DNA of 64,000 nucleotides from Octopus sinensis (lineage: Eukaryota), in NCBI RefSeq assembly GCF_006345805.1, contig NC_043008.1, positions 22,630,001-22,694,000 of the forward strand, written 5' to 3'. The notes under the pieces are model-generated. The model saw only the letters and a program-made list of their open reading frames with translations. It was not told the DNA's origin and did no database searches. The translations under genes and the position numbers were made by a program. Below, piece by piece: positions 26,405 through 39,159 of the stretch; position 1 is the first letter of the stretch, and each line of letters opens with the position of its first letter.

Positions 26405-26690
26405 TAACTCATCATCATCATCATCATCATCATCATCAACAATATCAACATCATCATCAACATCATCATCATTATTATCATTTTCATCACCATCACCTCC
26501 ACCATCAACATCATCATCATCATCACCACCACCACCACCACCATCATCACCATCATCATCATCATCATCATCATCAACATCAACATCATCATCATCGCCA
26601 TCATCATCATCATCATCATTTTCACCACAATTACCATCACTCCCCACCACCACCATCATCATCATCATCACTGCCAACAACATCATCATT
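26405..26690. repeat. (CAT)n/(CAC)n trinucleotide tract
   Basis: Seen directly in the sequence. Confidence 0.9.
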
Positions 26691-27651
26691 TTACACACCC
26701 ATTACATCCACTGACGTAGGTCACATAATTCGACAGGATTCAACATTGTAAAGGACCCTCTTTTACTCCAATGTCTTTTCCTTATTTTTTTTCCTTTCTG
26801 CCATAGTCCCTATGGCTGGATGCTCTTCTTAAACACAATAATCCACTTCACAGAGTGTACTAAGTACATTTCTCAGCCCCATGTGCCAACTACTTTATAC
26901 AACGTACTTGGTGCTTTACATGCATCTGTGTGTGTATGTATGTGTGTGTGTTTGTGCACACATGCATGCGTGCACATGTGTGTATGTGTGTGTATGAGAG
27001 GAGTGTATGCATTTGATTGTGTGTATGTCATGTACATGTGATTTTCAGCCTATAATTGAAAGAATTTGCTTCTAATTAAACAAAAGCAGAATAATGTTTG
27101 ATTGTCAAACTACTCAAGTAAGCTTATTTAATTTTGTACATCATTTTTTTTATCTATTGTATACATATTAGCATATATATATATATTTTTTTTTTTTGGT
27201 ATTTTCGTTTTAATTTAGATCAAATTTTTTTTAAAACAAATCTGTTTGTAGTGGTGCGAAAATGCACAAAATTCAGTGGTTATTAAATATTTATGGGTAA
27301 AAGTGGAAACGTGACAAAAAGTAGAATACAACAAAAAAGAAAAAGAAGCAAGAAAATACTACAGTTAACATTGTAAGCAAATGTAAAAAAAAGAAAAAGC
27401 CCATGACACCAGCAAGTTTTGAACTTGGTGAAACTAAGAGTATGTGAGTGAATACCACTCCAGGTATCGAGTTCTGATTGGTCAATTGTTCTACTTGACT
27501 CTCTTAATGGAGAAACATAATGCTTTACTCTAGCATTTATTACACTCGTATACACACACAAAGTATACTGCTTATACATACATACATACATACATACATA
27601 CATACATACATGCATATACATGCATATACATATACATATACATATATATAT

Positions 27652-27820
27652 GGAGTGGCTGTGTGGTAAGTAGCTTGCTAACCAACCACATGGTTCCGGG
27701 TTCAGTCCCACTGCGTGGCATCTTGGGCAAGTGTCTTCTGCTATAGCCCTGGGCCAACCAATGCCTTGTGAGTGGATTTGGTAGATGGAAACTGAAAGAA
27801 GCCTGTCGTATATATGTATG

Positions 27821-27851
<31 letters not shown>

Positions 27852-28063
27852 ATGTGTTTGAGTGTCTGTGTTTGTCCCCCTAGCATTGCTTGACAACCGA
27901 TGCTGGTGTGTTTACGTCCCTGTCGCTTAGCGGTTCGGCAAAAGAGACCGATAGAATAAGTACTGGGCTTACAAAGAATAAGTTCCGGGGTCGATTTGCT
28001 CGACTAAAGGCAGTGCTCCAGCATGGCCGCAGTCAAATGACTGAAGCAAGTAAAAGATAAAAG
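27652..28063 (+). mobile_element. SINE family A
   Basis: Full-length match. Confidence 0.85.
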
Positions 28064-28109
28064 ATATATATATATATATATGTATGAATGTATGTATAAA
28101 TATATATGT

Positions 28110-28360
28110 ATATCATCATCATCATCATCATCATTTAACGGCTGTTTTCCATGCTGGCATGGGTTGGACGGTTTGACTGAGGTCTGGAGAGCCAGCAGCT
28201 GGACCAGTCTCCAATCTGATCTGGCAATGGTTCTACAGCTGGAAGCCTTTCCTAACGCCAACCACTCTGTGAGTGTAGTGGGTGCTTTTTACGTGCCACC
28301 AGCACAGATTTATGTGCCACTGGCACGGATTTATTTGCCACCGGCATGGATTTACATGCC
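28110..28360 (-). mobile_element. SINE-like family E with 21-bp tandem units
   Basis: Units start at 28293, 28314, 28335 and 28356. Confidence 0.7.
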
Positions 28361-28457
28361 ACCAAAGATAAAATGAGGCCCATTTAAATTTTCAGTAAGA
28401 CATGGGAGAATGACAGAAAATTAACTTTGTGGGGCTAAGAAAGAACAAAATACATAT

Positions 28458-28878
28458 TACTCTTTACTCTTTACTCTTTTACTTGTTTCAGTCATTTGAC
28501 TGCGGCCATGCTGGAGCACCGCCTTTAGTCGAGCAAATCGACCCCGGGACTTATTCTTTGTAAGCCCAGTACTTATCTATCGGTCTCTTTTGCCGAACCG
28601 CTAAGTGACGGGGACGTAAACACACCAGCATCGGTTGTCAAGCAATGCTAGAGGGACAAACACACACACACAAACATGCACACATACACATATATACATA
28701 TATATACATATATACGACAGGCTTCTTTCAGTTTCCATCTACCAAATCCACTCACAAGGCATTGGTCGGCCCGGGGCTATAGCAGAAGACACTTGCCCAA
28801 GATGCCACGCAGTGGGACTGAACCCGGAACCATGTGGTTGGTTAGCAAGCTACTTACCACACAGCCACTCCCGCGCCT
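28458..28878 (-). mobile_element. SINE family A
   Basis: Full-length match. Confidence 0.85.
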
Positions 28879-29373
28879 ATTAGCTTCAAATTTTAGCAGA
28901 AAGTCAGTAATTTTGGTGGGAGGGGGTACGTCGATTACATTGACCCTGGTTCTCTCAACTGGTATTGATTTTACTGAGCCTGAAAGGATGAAGGGCGAAG
29001 TCAGTGAGATTTAAACTCAGTACAGACTAAATGCCTCTGAGAATTTTGTCCAGCATGCTAAAAATTCTACCAGCTCACTGCCTGAAATTTTTCCAAGATT
29101 GTAATAAAAATAACCAGCAAAGATCTTCTCTCGCATAGACCCTGCCATCACCACCAGCACTCCCAAAGATCTTTCTAAATCTGTCATTGATAGCCTGTAT
29201 ACTTCATTTTCAATAATAGAAAAAAATCTTATCCCCACTATTGAGAATCAGAATGTCATGTCTAGAAGTTTGCTGAATCATGAAGCATTAATCTGTTACT
29301 ACTTTCTGTATCAGTTAGTTTGGTAACGAATGAGTGAATGAACGAGTATTCTCATTCATTCATTCATTACCAA

Positions 29374-29422
<49 letters not shown>

Positions 29423-29491
29423 TGTATGTATGTATGTGTGTAGATGTGTATGGGTACATGTATATATGCATTATTTTTGCATGCACACACA

Positions 29492-29560
<69 letters not shown>

Positions 29561-29840
29561 AGATATAAATTAGAGGTTATTCAACCATCTAAGGGATAGA
29601 TGTATCCAAAGGCTCTCCTGGTATATTGCCTCAGTATGTATAGTTCTCGTTATAAGGTATATGGTAGTAGGTGATTTGAAAGGTAAAACCGTGGTTTAAT
29701 ATATACAGAGACAATAAGAAATGGAACAATAATTAACAATGTATCTTAATGTTTTTTTCTATGTACTCTTCAACCCTTTCTATTATTCCTTTACTTATCT
29801 CATTGTACACACTTTATCATACAAACTTTAAATAACTATT

Positions 29841-30069
29841 TCTTAATTACCCACAAGGGGCTAAACACAGAGAGGACAAACAAGGACAGTCATAGGTATT
29901 AAGTCGATTACATCGACCCCAGTGCGTAACTGGTACTTAATTTATCGACCCCGAAAGGATGAAAGGCAAAGTCAACCTCAGCGGAATTTGAACTCACAAC
30001 GTAACGGCAGACGAAATACCGCTAAGCATTTCGCCCGGCATGCTAACGTTTCTGCCAGCTCGCCGCCTT
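29841..30069 (-). mobile_element. SINE family B
   Basis: Full-length match. Confidence 0.8.
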
Positions 30070-31174
30070 AAAATAACTTAAAAAACTTTAAATAACATCC
30101 ATCCTTAATTTATATTACAGCTTCCATTGTATTACAGGGACTAATGGAGAAGCTACAAATTAGCATTAGTTTTGTCCAATAACAACACCGGATATCCCCA
30201 CCAGGTATAACTCCTTCGGCTTACACTGCCAGTCAACTAGCCACTGTCCGCATTACCACCATTAGCACCGAATGTAGGAATCTACGAACACATGGAAATA
30301 TGCAAGTCACTAAAATGCAAGACTATTGCTTTAACAAATTCTTTTCCTTTTTTTCCTTCTATTTTATCTTTGCCCTCTTTTCTTTTCTCAATTAGAACTT
30401 TAATCTTTATGCTCTCCAACACTGCTGGCTGGTCTGAGAAAAGGAGACCTAAAAAAAATTAGCAAATTTAATTTGAATACTGTGCATTTGTGTGTGCATA
30501 TACACATGCGTGCACACACACACACACAGAAATATACATGTATATCTAAATACCTGTCTAACAATCTACATGCATTCATACATACATGCATCAGCCAGAT
30601 TTGAATGGCCTCAAGTGTAACCGGCTGAAATTGTAAGGATCATCTGGAAACTTGACTGAGGAGAGAAAGTCACAAACAACCCATCCTTGTTTCTTTCCTG
30701 TCTGTCCTTTTGTTGTTTTTCCTGTCCATCTTTGTATCATCTGTCTGTCTAGATGTTTTATTGTCGCTTGTTGTGTTCTTACATTTTGGGGATTTATACA
30801 TACATGCATGCATGCATACATGCATACACATACATACATAAATACATACATACATACATATATACATATGTACATACATAACTTCATACACACATGCACA
30901 CACACACACACACACACACACAAATACATGCATGCACACATACATATATACATACATACATGCATTCATACATAAATTCATACATACATACATATATGCA
31001 TACAGCCATACATACTTACTCACATGCATGCACACACACACATGTATACATGTACATACATACATACATGCATACACACACATGCTTACATACATACATA
31101 GATTCATACATACATAATACATACACACACATACACATAAATTCATACATACATACATACATGCATACATACAA

Positions 31175-31206
<32 letters not shown>

Positions 31207-31719
31207 GCATAAAACTAAGAGGTTGATGCCCATGATAAAAAAGCTTCACAAATTCTAGAAACACTACACATACATCCAACTGGACAAACATCTGCTGGGT
31301 CATACTACAATGGCTGTGCATCGTAGCTTCTCACTGATCTGAAGGCAAGAATATCACCAGAATTGGTAAACTTGGGGACAACAAGAGAACCTTTTGCCCT
31401 TGTCAAATATGAGTATGTAATGATAAGGTATATGAAACGAGGAAAGAGATTCTGAGAGGAGATTTATGCTATGATCAGAATAGACTTTGATATGAGAATG
31501 CTCGGCGAATGTAGTGGCTTTAACAGTTTGGGGTGCTAGAAGGGCTGACTGCATGCTAGTTGTAAGACGGGTAGGGCCTGTGGGTCATACGCTGTATGAA
31601 TGCATCATTAGTTTGTTTTGATTGATGACTTGCAGCTGTTGCTAGCAGCGGGTGAAAGGCCTTCTTACTCTGAATACAGTGGGCGGCTTTGCCATTGTAA
31701 TGCAAGCACAGGATCTGTC

Positions 31720-31908
31720 TGTTGGTCTGTCTGCACGTACATACATACATACATACATACATACATACATACATACATGCATACATACATACATACATAC
31801 ATGCATACATACATACATACACGCATGCATGCATGCATGCATACATACATAGATGCATACATACATACATACAGACAGACAGACAGATAGATAGACAGCT
31901 AGATAGAA

Positions 31909-31939
<31 letters not shown>

Positions 31940-31995
31940 AGATAGCTGGATAGATAGACAAAGTTAGACAGACAGACAGATAGATAGATAGACAA

Positions 31996-32065
<70 letters not shown>

Positions 32066-32235
32066 TGATAGATAGAGATAGACTGACAGACTGACAGATA
32101 GATAGATAGATCGATAGATACATACATACATACATACATATACATACATACATACATACATACATACATAAAGAGAGACAGACAGACAGACAGGCATGCA
32201 GACAGACAGACAGATAGACGGACAGGCAGGCAGGC

Positions 32236-32306
<71 letters not shown>

Positions 32307-32400
32307 CAGACAGACGAACAGACAGACAGACAGACAGACACATAAATAGCTAGATAGACAGACAGACAGATACATAGATAGATGGATGGATAGATGGACA
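31720..32400. repeat. Compound (TACA)/(GATA)/(GACA) microsatellite
   Basis: Seen directly in the sequence. Confidence 0.9.
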
Positions 32401-32959
32401 CAGAAAACACAGAGATTCAGACAAACAAATGCACAAACTCACACTCATCTATGCATACATACATACATATACACACACAGACAGAAACACATTTGCCTTC
32501 TTACAAAGTTACTCAAATGTATTAGAGTGTATACATAATATACACATCTATTTGTTTGCCTGTTTTCAGTCTGTCTGTCTGTCTCTCTACGTATCCATGT
32601 ATGTTATTATTCTGTTTATTTCAAGAAAGAACCAGTTTCTAACCTTGATTCAAGGCTCTCCTCTCACTGGAATTTCAACATCAACAACAGGCTATTTTTC
32701 TTTGTTTGTATGTATGTATGTATGTATGTATGTATGTATGTTTGTATGTATGTTTGTATGTATGTTTGTATGTATGTGTGCAGATTTGTATGTTTTGATT
32801 TATGTATGTATTCTCATGCATATCTAGACATGCTCATAAATTTAAATGATAAACTTCTGGAAAGTTTTACAAATTCTTACGGTTACAGTGATGGATTAGA
32901 TCTGTAGTCTTCAAATAATTAGTTTTCTCCTTTCTAGTTTTGAGAAGCCTAATTTCTCA

Positions 32960-33215
32960 AGATTGTTATTTTAACAATGTTACATATCCCAGAGCTCCAA
33001 TAATTACAGGTATAAACCTGAACTTGTTATCTGGAAAGAGTGACTGCAGATTTCTCAATAGTTCAACATAGGTATTCTCTTTTTCACTGATCTTCATCTT
33101 TATGTTAGCATCCACTGGGCAGCTGATTTCCACGACTGTGCACAGTTTCTTTTCTCTTTCCCAAATCATTATATCAGGTCTGTTGTGCTTACATTTTATT
33201 GAGGTTTTCACTGGG
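32960..33215 (-). mobile_element. R4/Dong-clade non-LTR element, restriction-like endonuclease fragment
   Basis: KHNRPDIMIWEREKKLCTVVEISCPVD...KENTYVEL...FIPVIIGALG (PD..D/ExK-type RLE). Confidence 0.75.
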
Positions 33216-33276
33216 ACACTCCATCAGTACTTGTTTTTATTATGAGTGGCTATGGCTTCTACCATACTGTGGGTTC

Positions 33277-33317
<41 letters not shown>

Positions 33318-33739
33318 AAAATACCCTGTTGTTGATGTTGAAAAGTGAATAGTTCTTTCACTATTAGCAAGAAATCTTGAGATAAAACTGAATAATGACA
33401 TACATATATACACACATACATACATGCATACATATATACATACATAGATACTTACATGCATGCATGCATACATACATACATACATACATACTTACATGCA
33501 CGCATACATACATACATACATACATACATACATACATACATACATACATACATACTTACATGCACGCATACATACATACATACTTACATGCACACATACA
33601 TACATACATACATACATACATACGTACATATGTATTTTAACCATGGAAGCTGTTACCAATCTGGTCTGTCTTTTGGCAAACCATTTTGACTTCTGTAAGA
33701 GATCTTGTCACCTTAACAGTACTTGAACTGAACTCTCTA

Positions 33740-34145
33740 CACTTTACCAACTCCACCAAGATAATCCTGTGATCAAAGCAGCTGACAAGAATGGTTCAGT
33801 GCCTGCACCATGGAATAACCTCAATAATAAGGAAGCATAAAGCCAATTGAATAACCTCCAATTTCATAACAACCTCTTCCATCTGACCTCTCTCCTAATC
33901 ACCAGCTTCTGATGTCTCCACCCTTATAAAAGTTCTTTTTATTTCACCATCTCTGACTCCCACTGCTTCCAATCTTATTGTCAACCACCATCACCACCGC
34001 CTCACAAATGCTTCTATCTATTTCCTCCCCAGAATCCTTAGACTTCATAACTCTGGCCACCTTATTGTCTCCACTTGCACTCAATTGAGTGCTCCACTGC
34101 ACTCAATTCGAAATGCCTTAGTAAAATCTTCAAGCCTGTAGTTAC
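33740..34145 (+). mobile_element. Penelope-like element RT, N-terminal relic
   Basis: VIKAADKNGSV (cf. IKPADKG), IYFLPRILRLHNSGHLIVSTC (cf. FYLLPKIHK..PGRPIVS) and SKCLSKIFKPVV. Confidence 0.7.
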
Positions 34146-34278
34146 TGCTGCCAAGAAAGATTAATTGGGTATTGATAAATTAGTATGATATTTAGACTGT
34201 GTGTTGTCCTACATTAAAATCAGCTCTAAACTTTAATTAACATTTATTTTTTAAGGGAACATATCACAATATTTAAAT

Positions 34279-34441
34279 AGGCGCAGGAGTGGCTGTGTGG
34301 TAAGTAGCTTGCTAACCAGCCACATGGTTCTGGGTTCAGTCCCACTGTGTGGCATCTTGGGCAAGTGTCTTCTGCTATAGCCTCGGGCCGACCAAAGCCT
34401 TGTGAGTGGATTTGGTAGACGGAAACTGAAAGAAGTCTGTT

Positions 34442-34477
<36 letters not shown>

Positions 34478-34698
34478 ATATGTTTGTGTGTCTGTGTTTG
34501 TCCCTCTAGCATTGCTTGACAACCGATGCTGGTGTGTTTACGTCCCCGTCACTTAGCGGTTCGGCAAAAGAGACCGATAGAATAAGTACTGGGCTTACAA
34601 AGAATAAGTCCCGGGGTCGATTTGCTCAACTAAAGGCAGTGCTCAACTAAAGGCAGGCTGCAGTCAAATGACTGAAACAAGTAAAAGAGTAAAGAGTA
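34279..34698 (+). mobile_element. SINE family A, inserted in the PLE relic
   Basis: Full-length match. Confidence 0.85.
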
Positions 34699-34875
34699 AA
34701 TTATACAGATGCTTACCAGTAGTGTGTTGTGCCATAAATAAAGGGTAGTTCCTAATTACATGAATAACAGAAATGAGCAGCTTCGTGCAAGAGGCAGAAA
34801 AAAATATTCTGTTTTCTGTTGTCAATGTTTCCTTTAACTTGAGTTGAATAGCAACCAAATAAATTTATCTTCTTA

Positions 34876-35107
34876 TTTCTTTATTGCCCACAAGGGGCTA
34901 AACATAGAGGGGGCAAACAAGGACAGGCAAAGGGATTAAGTCGATTACATCGACCCCAGGGCGTAACTGGTACTTAATTTATCAACCCCGAAAGGATGAA
35001 AGGCAAAGTCGACCTCGGCGGAATTTGAACTCAGCACGTAGTGGCAGACGAAATACCGCTAAGCATTTCGCCCGGCGTGCTAACGATTCTACCAGCTCGC
35101 CACCTTT
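34876..35107 (-). mobile_element. SINE family B
   Basis: Full-length match. Confidence 0.8.
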
Positions 35108-35369
35108 TCTTCTTAAGGACTTGTCATCTGTGTCAACATGCAAAAACATAAAAGCACATATCGTCCTCAACCACCTCTCCACCTCACTGGCTGTGCTTGC
35201 CCATGCTGTTACTTATAAGATATAACCCATTAAAGAAGGAAACATCATAGAACATTTTATAATACAAGGAGATATTTCTGCAACCTGACTGGTTGATACT
35301 CAGAGTATGTCACCCAATGGTCTTATCCTAGTAACTAAACCTATAAGGTTTCAGTTTTAGGCCTTGTTA

Positions 35370-35695
35370 CACTGCCTTTCCTCCCACATTTGCAATACTA
35401 ATCAAGCTCTTCACCTCTCTAACCCTTTCTCTTTCTGGCCTAACTCCTCTATATTCCTCGTCACTCCAGATATTAAGAGACAGTCATCACACATAATGAC
35501 CATCTTCTCTTTCACGAGAGCTTCTTAAATTGTTACACAACATTAGAGCTCAGTACCTCTGCTTTCCTGTGCCTTGGTATGTCTGCCCTAACTTCTAGTT
35601 ATTTTTGCTTCTATGATAAATTTGATCAGCAGGTCATGGGGCTGAGTGTGAGAACAAGGATGAGCCCAGCTATGCGCAACATTTTGTTGGTTACA
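35370..35695 (+). mobile_element. Penelope-like element RT relic, continuation
   Basis: SHICNTNQALHLSNPFSF (cf. PSYIRDTNHAL), DIK, and QQVMG...RTRMSPSYA-NIFVGY with a frameshift (cf. GVAMGTRMGPSYANLF). Confidence 0.65.
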
Positions 35696-35773
35696 TCATG
35701 GCTTACATTTTTGCCTAGTTTACTGATTTCAAGCTTCAACTCTGTGCTTTTATAAGGTAAAAACAAAAAATAT

Positions 35774-36187
35774 AGGCATAGGAGTGGCTGTGTGGTAAGT
35801 AGCTTGCTTACGAACCATATTGGTTCCAGGTTCAGTACCACTGTGTGGCACCTTGGGCAAGTGTCTTCTACTAGAGCCTTGGGTTGACCAAAACCTTGTG
35901 AGTGGATTTGGTAGGCAGAAACTGAAAGAAGCCCGTCGTATGCATGTGTGTGTGTGTGTGTGTGTGTGTGCATGTGTGTCTGTGTGTGTGTGTGTTTGTC
36001 CCCCACAACATCGCTTGACAACTGATGGTGGTATATTTAAGTCCCCATAACTTAGTGGTTCGGCAAAAGAGACAGATAGAATAAGTACTAGGCATCCAAA
36101 GAATAAGTCCTGGGGTCGATTTGCTTGACTTAAAAGTAGTGCTCCAGCATGGCCACAGTCAAATGACTGAAAGAAGTAAAAGAGTAA
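35774..36187 (+). mobile_element. SINE family A (diverged)
   Basis: Full-length match. Confidence 0.8.
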
Positions 36188-36911
36188 GTTATAATAATTG
36201 CAACTCGCCCGCCCCCATTGTAAAATTCCCCCTTATCTTATTAACAGTCAGTCACAACAGAAAAATAGAATACTAACGTTAGCGGACAATATAACAATAG
36301 CTGGAAAAAGTAAGTTTTAAGTGTTTTCTGTGGAGGAATAGTAATACAATCTGCAAGTACTATGAAACATGTGTAAATCAACTTTGACCAATCAGGGAAA
36401 ATGTGTAAATCACAGAAAGAATGTTAATGGTTGTACAAACATAAATCAAATTTCAAATATGTTTACAAAGGCTGGTGTCCAGAATAGCGATGTTGAAATT
36501 TCGACATTGTACAAAGTGTGAGTGTGGATAATGTGTCTTTGTAATGTTCTGTCGGTAAGTCTTTTTGAACTGGTCTGCTAACAAGTTAGAGTAAAGAGAG
36601 TGTACTCAAAAAGATTGAGTTACATCATCATCATGAGTATCATCATCATCATCATCAGCAGCAGCAGCAGCCGTTCAAGAATTTGGACCTGGAGATCTCC
36701 ATTTCCAGCGACTTTGTGGGCCACCTCCCAGTGGTGTCGGGCATCAACAAAGAGCCCCTCGACTACAACAAGACGACCAAAGTTTTTTTTTTTTCCAAGG
36801 TCTGGGGTCTCCCGCCCCTAAGCCCTAGACCATCACCTAATCACCCTTACCCATCTTGCTGCTTAACAACAACAACACCAACACCAACAACAACAACAGC
36901 AGCAGCAGCGG

Positions 36912-36954
<43 letters not shown>

Positions 36955-37079
36955 TTCATCATCATTGTTGTTGTCCTCTTCCACTATGAAATTAAATTTC
37001 ATGGCTATTCTAGTAATGACATTGAATATCTACTGAAAAATAGCATTGGTATTAAGTGCAAGTCACATTGCCTCAATAA

Positions 37080-37195
37080 ACTCATCATCATCGTCATCAT
37101 CATCATCATCGTCGTCATCATCATCATCATCTTCGTCATCATCGTCATCATCGTCGTCGTCATCATCGTCATCATCATCGTCGTCGTCATCATCG

Positions 37196-37271
<76 letters not shown>

Positions 37272-37290
37272 CGTCGTCGTCGTCATCATT
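37080..37290. repeat. (CAT)/(CGT)n tract
   Basis: Seen directly in the sequence. Confidence 0.9.
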
Positions 37291-37355
37291 CAATGTCAAC
37301 TTTTCATGCCATCATGGGTTGTATGGTTTGACAGGATCCAACAGGCCACACCTAC

Positions 37356-37685
37356 TTATAATTCAAACATAATAGTAGTGTTGTTAGAGTAAGCAAGGAA
37401 TTAAGAAATAATGCATGAAGGCTCTTACAGCTGTTTCTAGAATAGCTGTGTGTATGGTGCTCAGAGTAATTCTTCAACAATGCAACTGGTAACTACTATT
37501 ATCTCTAACTAAAGATTATTCTTAAATTCTCTGAAGACGAAATAGTTGGCTTAGATGGAAATTTTTTGTTCAATGACCTATCCACCATAAGCACACTATT
37601 CTAGAAACAGCTGTAGGAGCCTTTATTCATTATTTCTAAATTCCTTATTTACTCTAACAACTCTGCAATTGTGTTTGAATTATAA
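37356..37685. mobile_element. Foldback element with ~110-bp inverted arms carrying a hammerhead motif (PLE-like)
   Basis: ttataattcaaaca...ctcttacagctgtttctagaatag is mirrored at 37583-37685. Confidence 0.65.
37527..37619 (+). ncRNA. Hammerhead ribozyme motif, type I
   Basis: ttct-CTGAAGA (37531-37537)-long imperfect stem II-GAAAC (37604-37608)-AGCT-GTA (37613-37615)-ggag. Confidence 0.65.
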
Positions 37686-37807
37686 ATTACATGTTCCAAA
37701 GTGATACCATATGTTTTGCTTGCACATTCTCTCTCTCTCACTCACTGTATGTACACACACAAACAAACACATTAGAAATTTTTTTGTTTGCCCTTATTTA
37801 TAAGCTG

Positions 37808-37845
<38 letters not shown>

Positions 37846-37854
37846 TATATACAT

Positions 37855-38015
37855 ATAAACGACAGGCTTCTTTCAGTTTCTGTCTACCAAATCCACTCAC
37901 AAGGCTTTGGTCGGCCCGAGGCTATAGTAGAAGCCACTTGCCCAAGGTGCCACATACTGTGGGACTGAACCTGGAACAATGTGGTTGGTAAGCAAGCTAC
38001 TTACCACACAGCCAC
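37855..38015 (-). mobile_element. SINE family A, head only
   Basis: Partial match. Confidence 0.75.
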
Positions 38016-38489
38016 AACACAAAGAGATTTCTTACAGGCAAACAGTGAATTATCACTTATAAAGCTAACATTCCATTTCAAACACCTACTTAACCCAATC
38101 ACTGCTGTATGCGTCTTAACTCAAATTTCAGATCAAACAGTAAAAACAGTTATATGTGACTTTAGTGAAATTACCAGCCAGCTGACGTGTCTCGAAAGGC
38201 TTTCAAGTAAAAATATCCACCATTAATTCATTTAATAAGCCACCCGAGTGTTTGGGTGCTGACAGTACCTGTTTTTAAGCGCATAACTGTCCCGTGACAA
38301 TTCTGACTGCAGACAAAGTGGCTTTTGAAAGGGTTAATCATCAGTCTTCATCATCATTATCACCACCCTCCCCATCATCATCATCTTCATCATTGTCATC
38401 GTCATCATCGTCATCATCATCATCGTCATCATCATCACCACCCTCCCCATCATCATCATCATCATCATCACCACCACCACCACCATCAT

Positions 38490-38524
<35 letters not shown>

Positions 38525-39159
38525 CTATCATCAGCAGTAGCAAAAAATCTTTGGTCGTCTTTCCCCCCCCCCCCCCCACCCCAGACGCTCTGGTCAGTGA
38601 CCCTCTCCTTGTCTTTCGGATCTGAGGAAAGTGGACTTCCGCTCCCGACCTGCCAGACATCTCCCAACCCACAAAACGGACGCAGTGAAATCACACTTAC
38701 CCGTCTTGTTGCTTAACAACAACAACAACAACAACAAAATCAGCAGTAGCAGCAGCAATAGCAACACCCTATGTATGTCTGTTTTCCCATGCTGGCATGG
38801 GTTGGACAGATTTTTCTGACGCAGAGTTTTATGCCTGAATAAGCACCTTGCTGGGTTGCAATGTATCTATTTTCAAAACAGGATGCACTCAGCAAAGAAA
38901 AAATTAATTACCAGTAATTAAAAATGTTATTCTTACTTTACTAAACACTTCTCAGATATTTTCTTGTATCTATTACATTTTAACTTGTTTCATTCGTTTA
39001 AAAACCATGCCAAAGCAGACAGTGAAGCAGGCCACAGTCCTCTAGCTTAATGGCACCTGTAAAATTGTCCAGCCTATGCCAAAATGGAAGACAAATGTTA
39101 AATGATGATGATGATGATGATGTTGATGATCATGATCATGATGATCATGATGATCCATG

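Noticed and set aside
31330-31715. Possible very old mariner fragment (LHYNGKAAH..THRPYPSY on -)
   Set aside because: The similarity is too weak to support without an alignment.
30600-32915. Two further highly degenerate hammerhead-like traces (about 30610-30650 on + and 32860-32915 on -)
   Set aside because: Several core bases are missing, so they cannot be told from chance.
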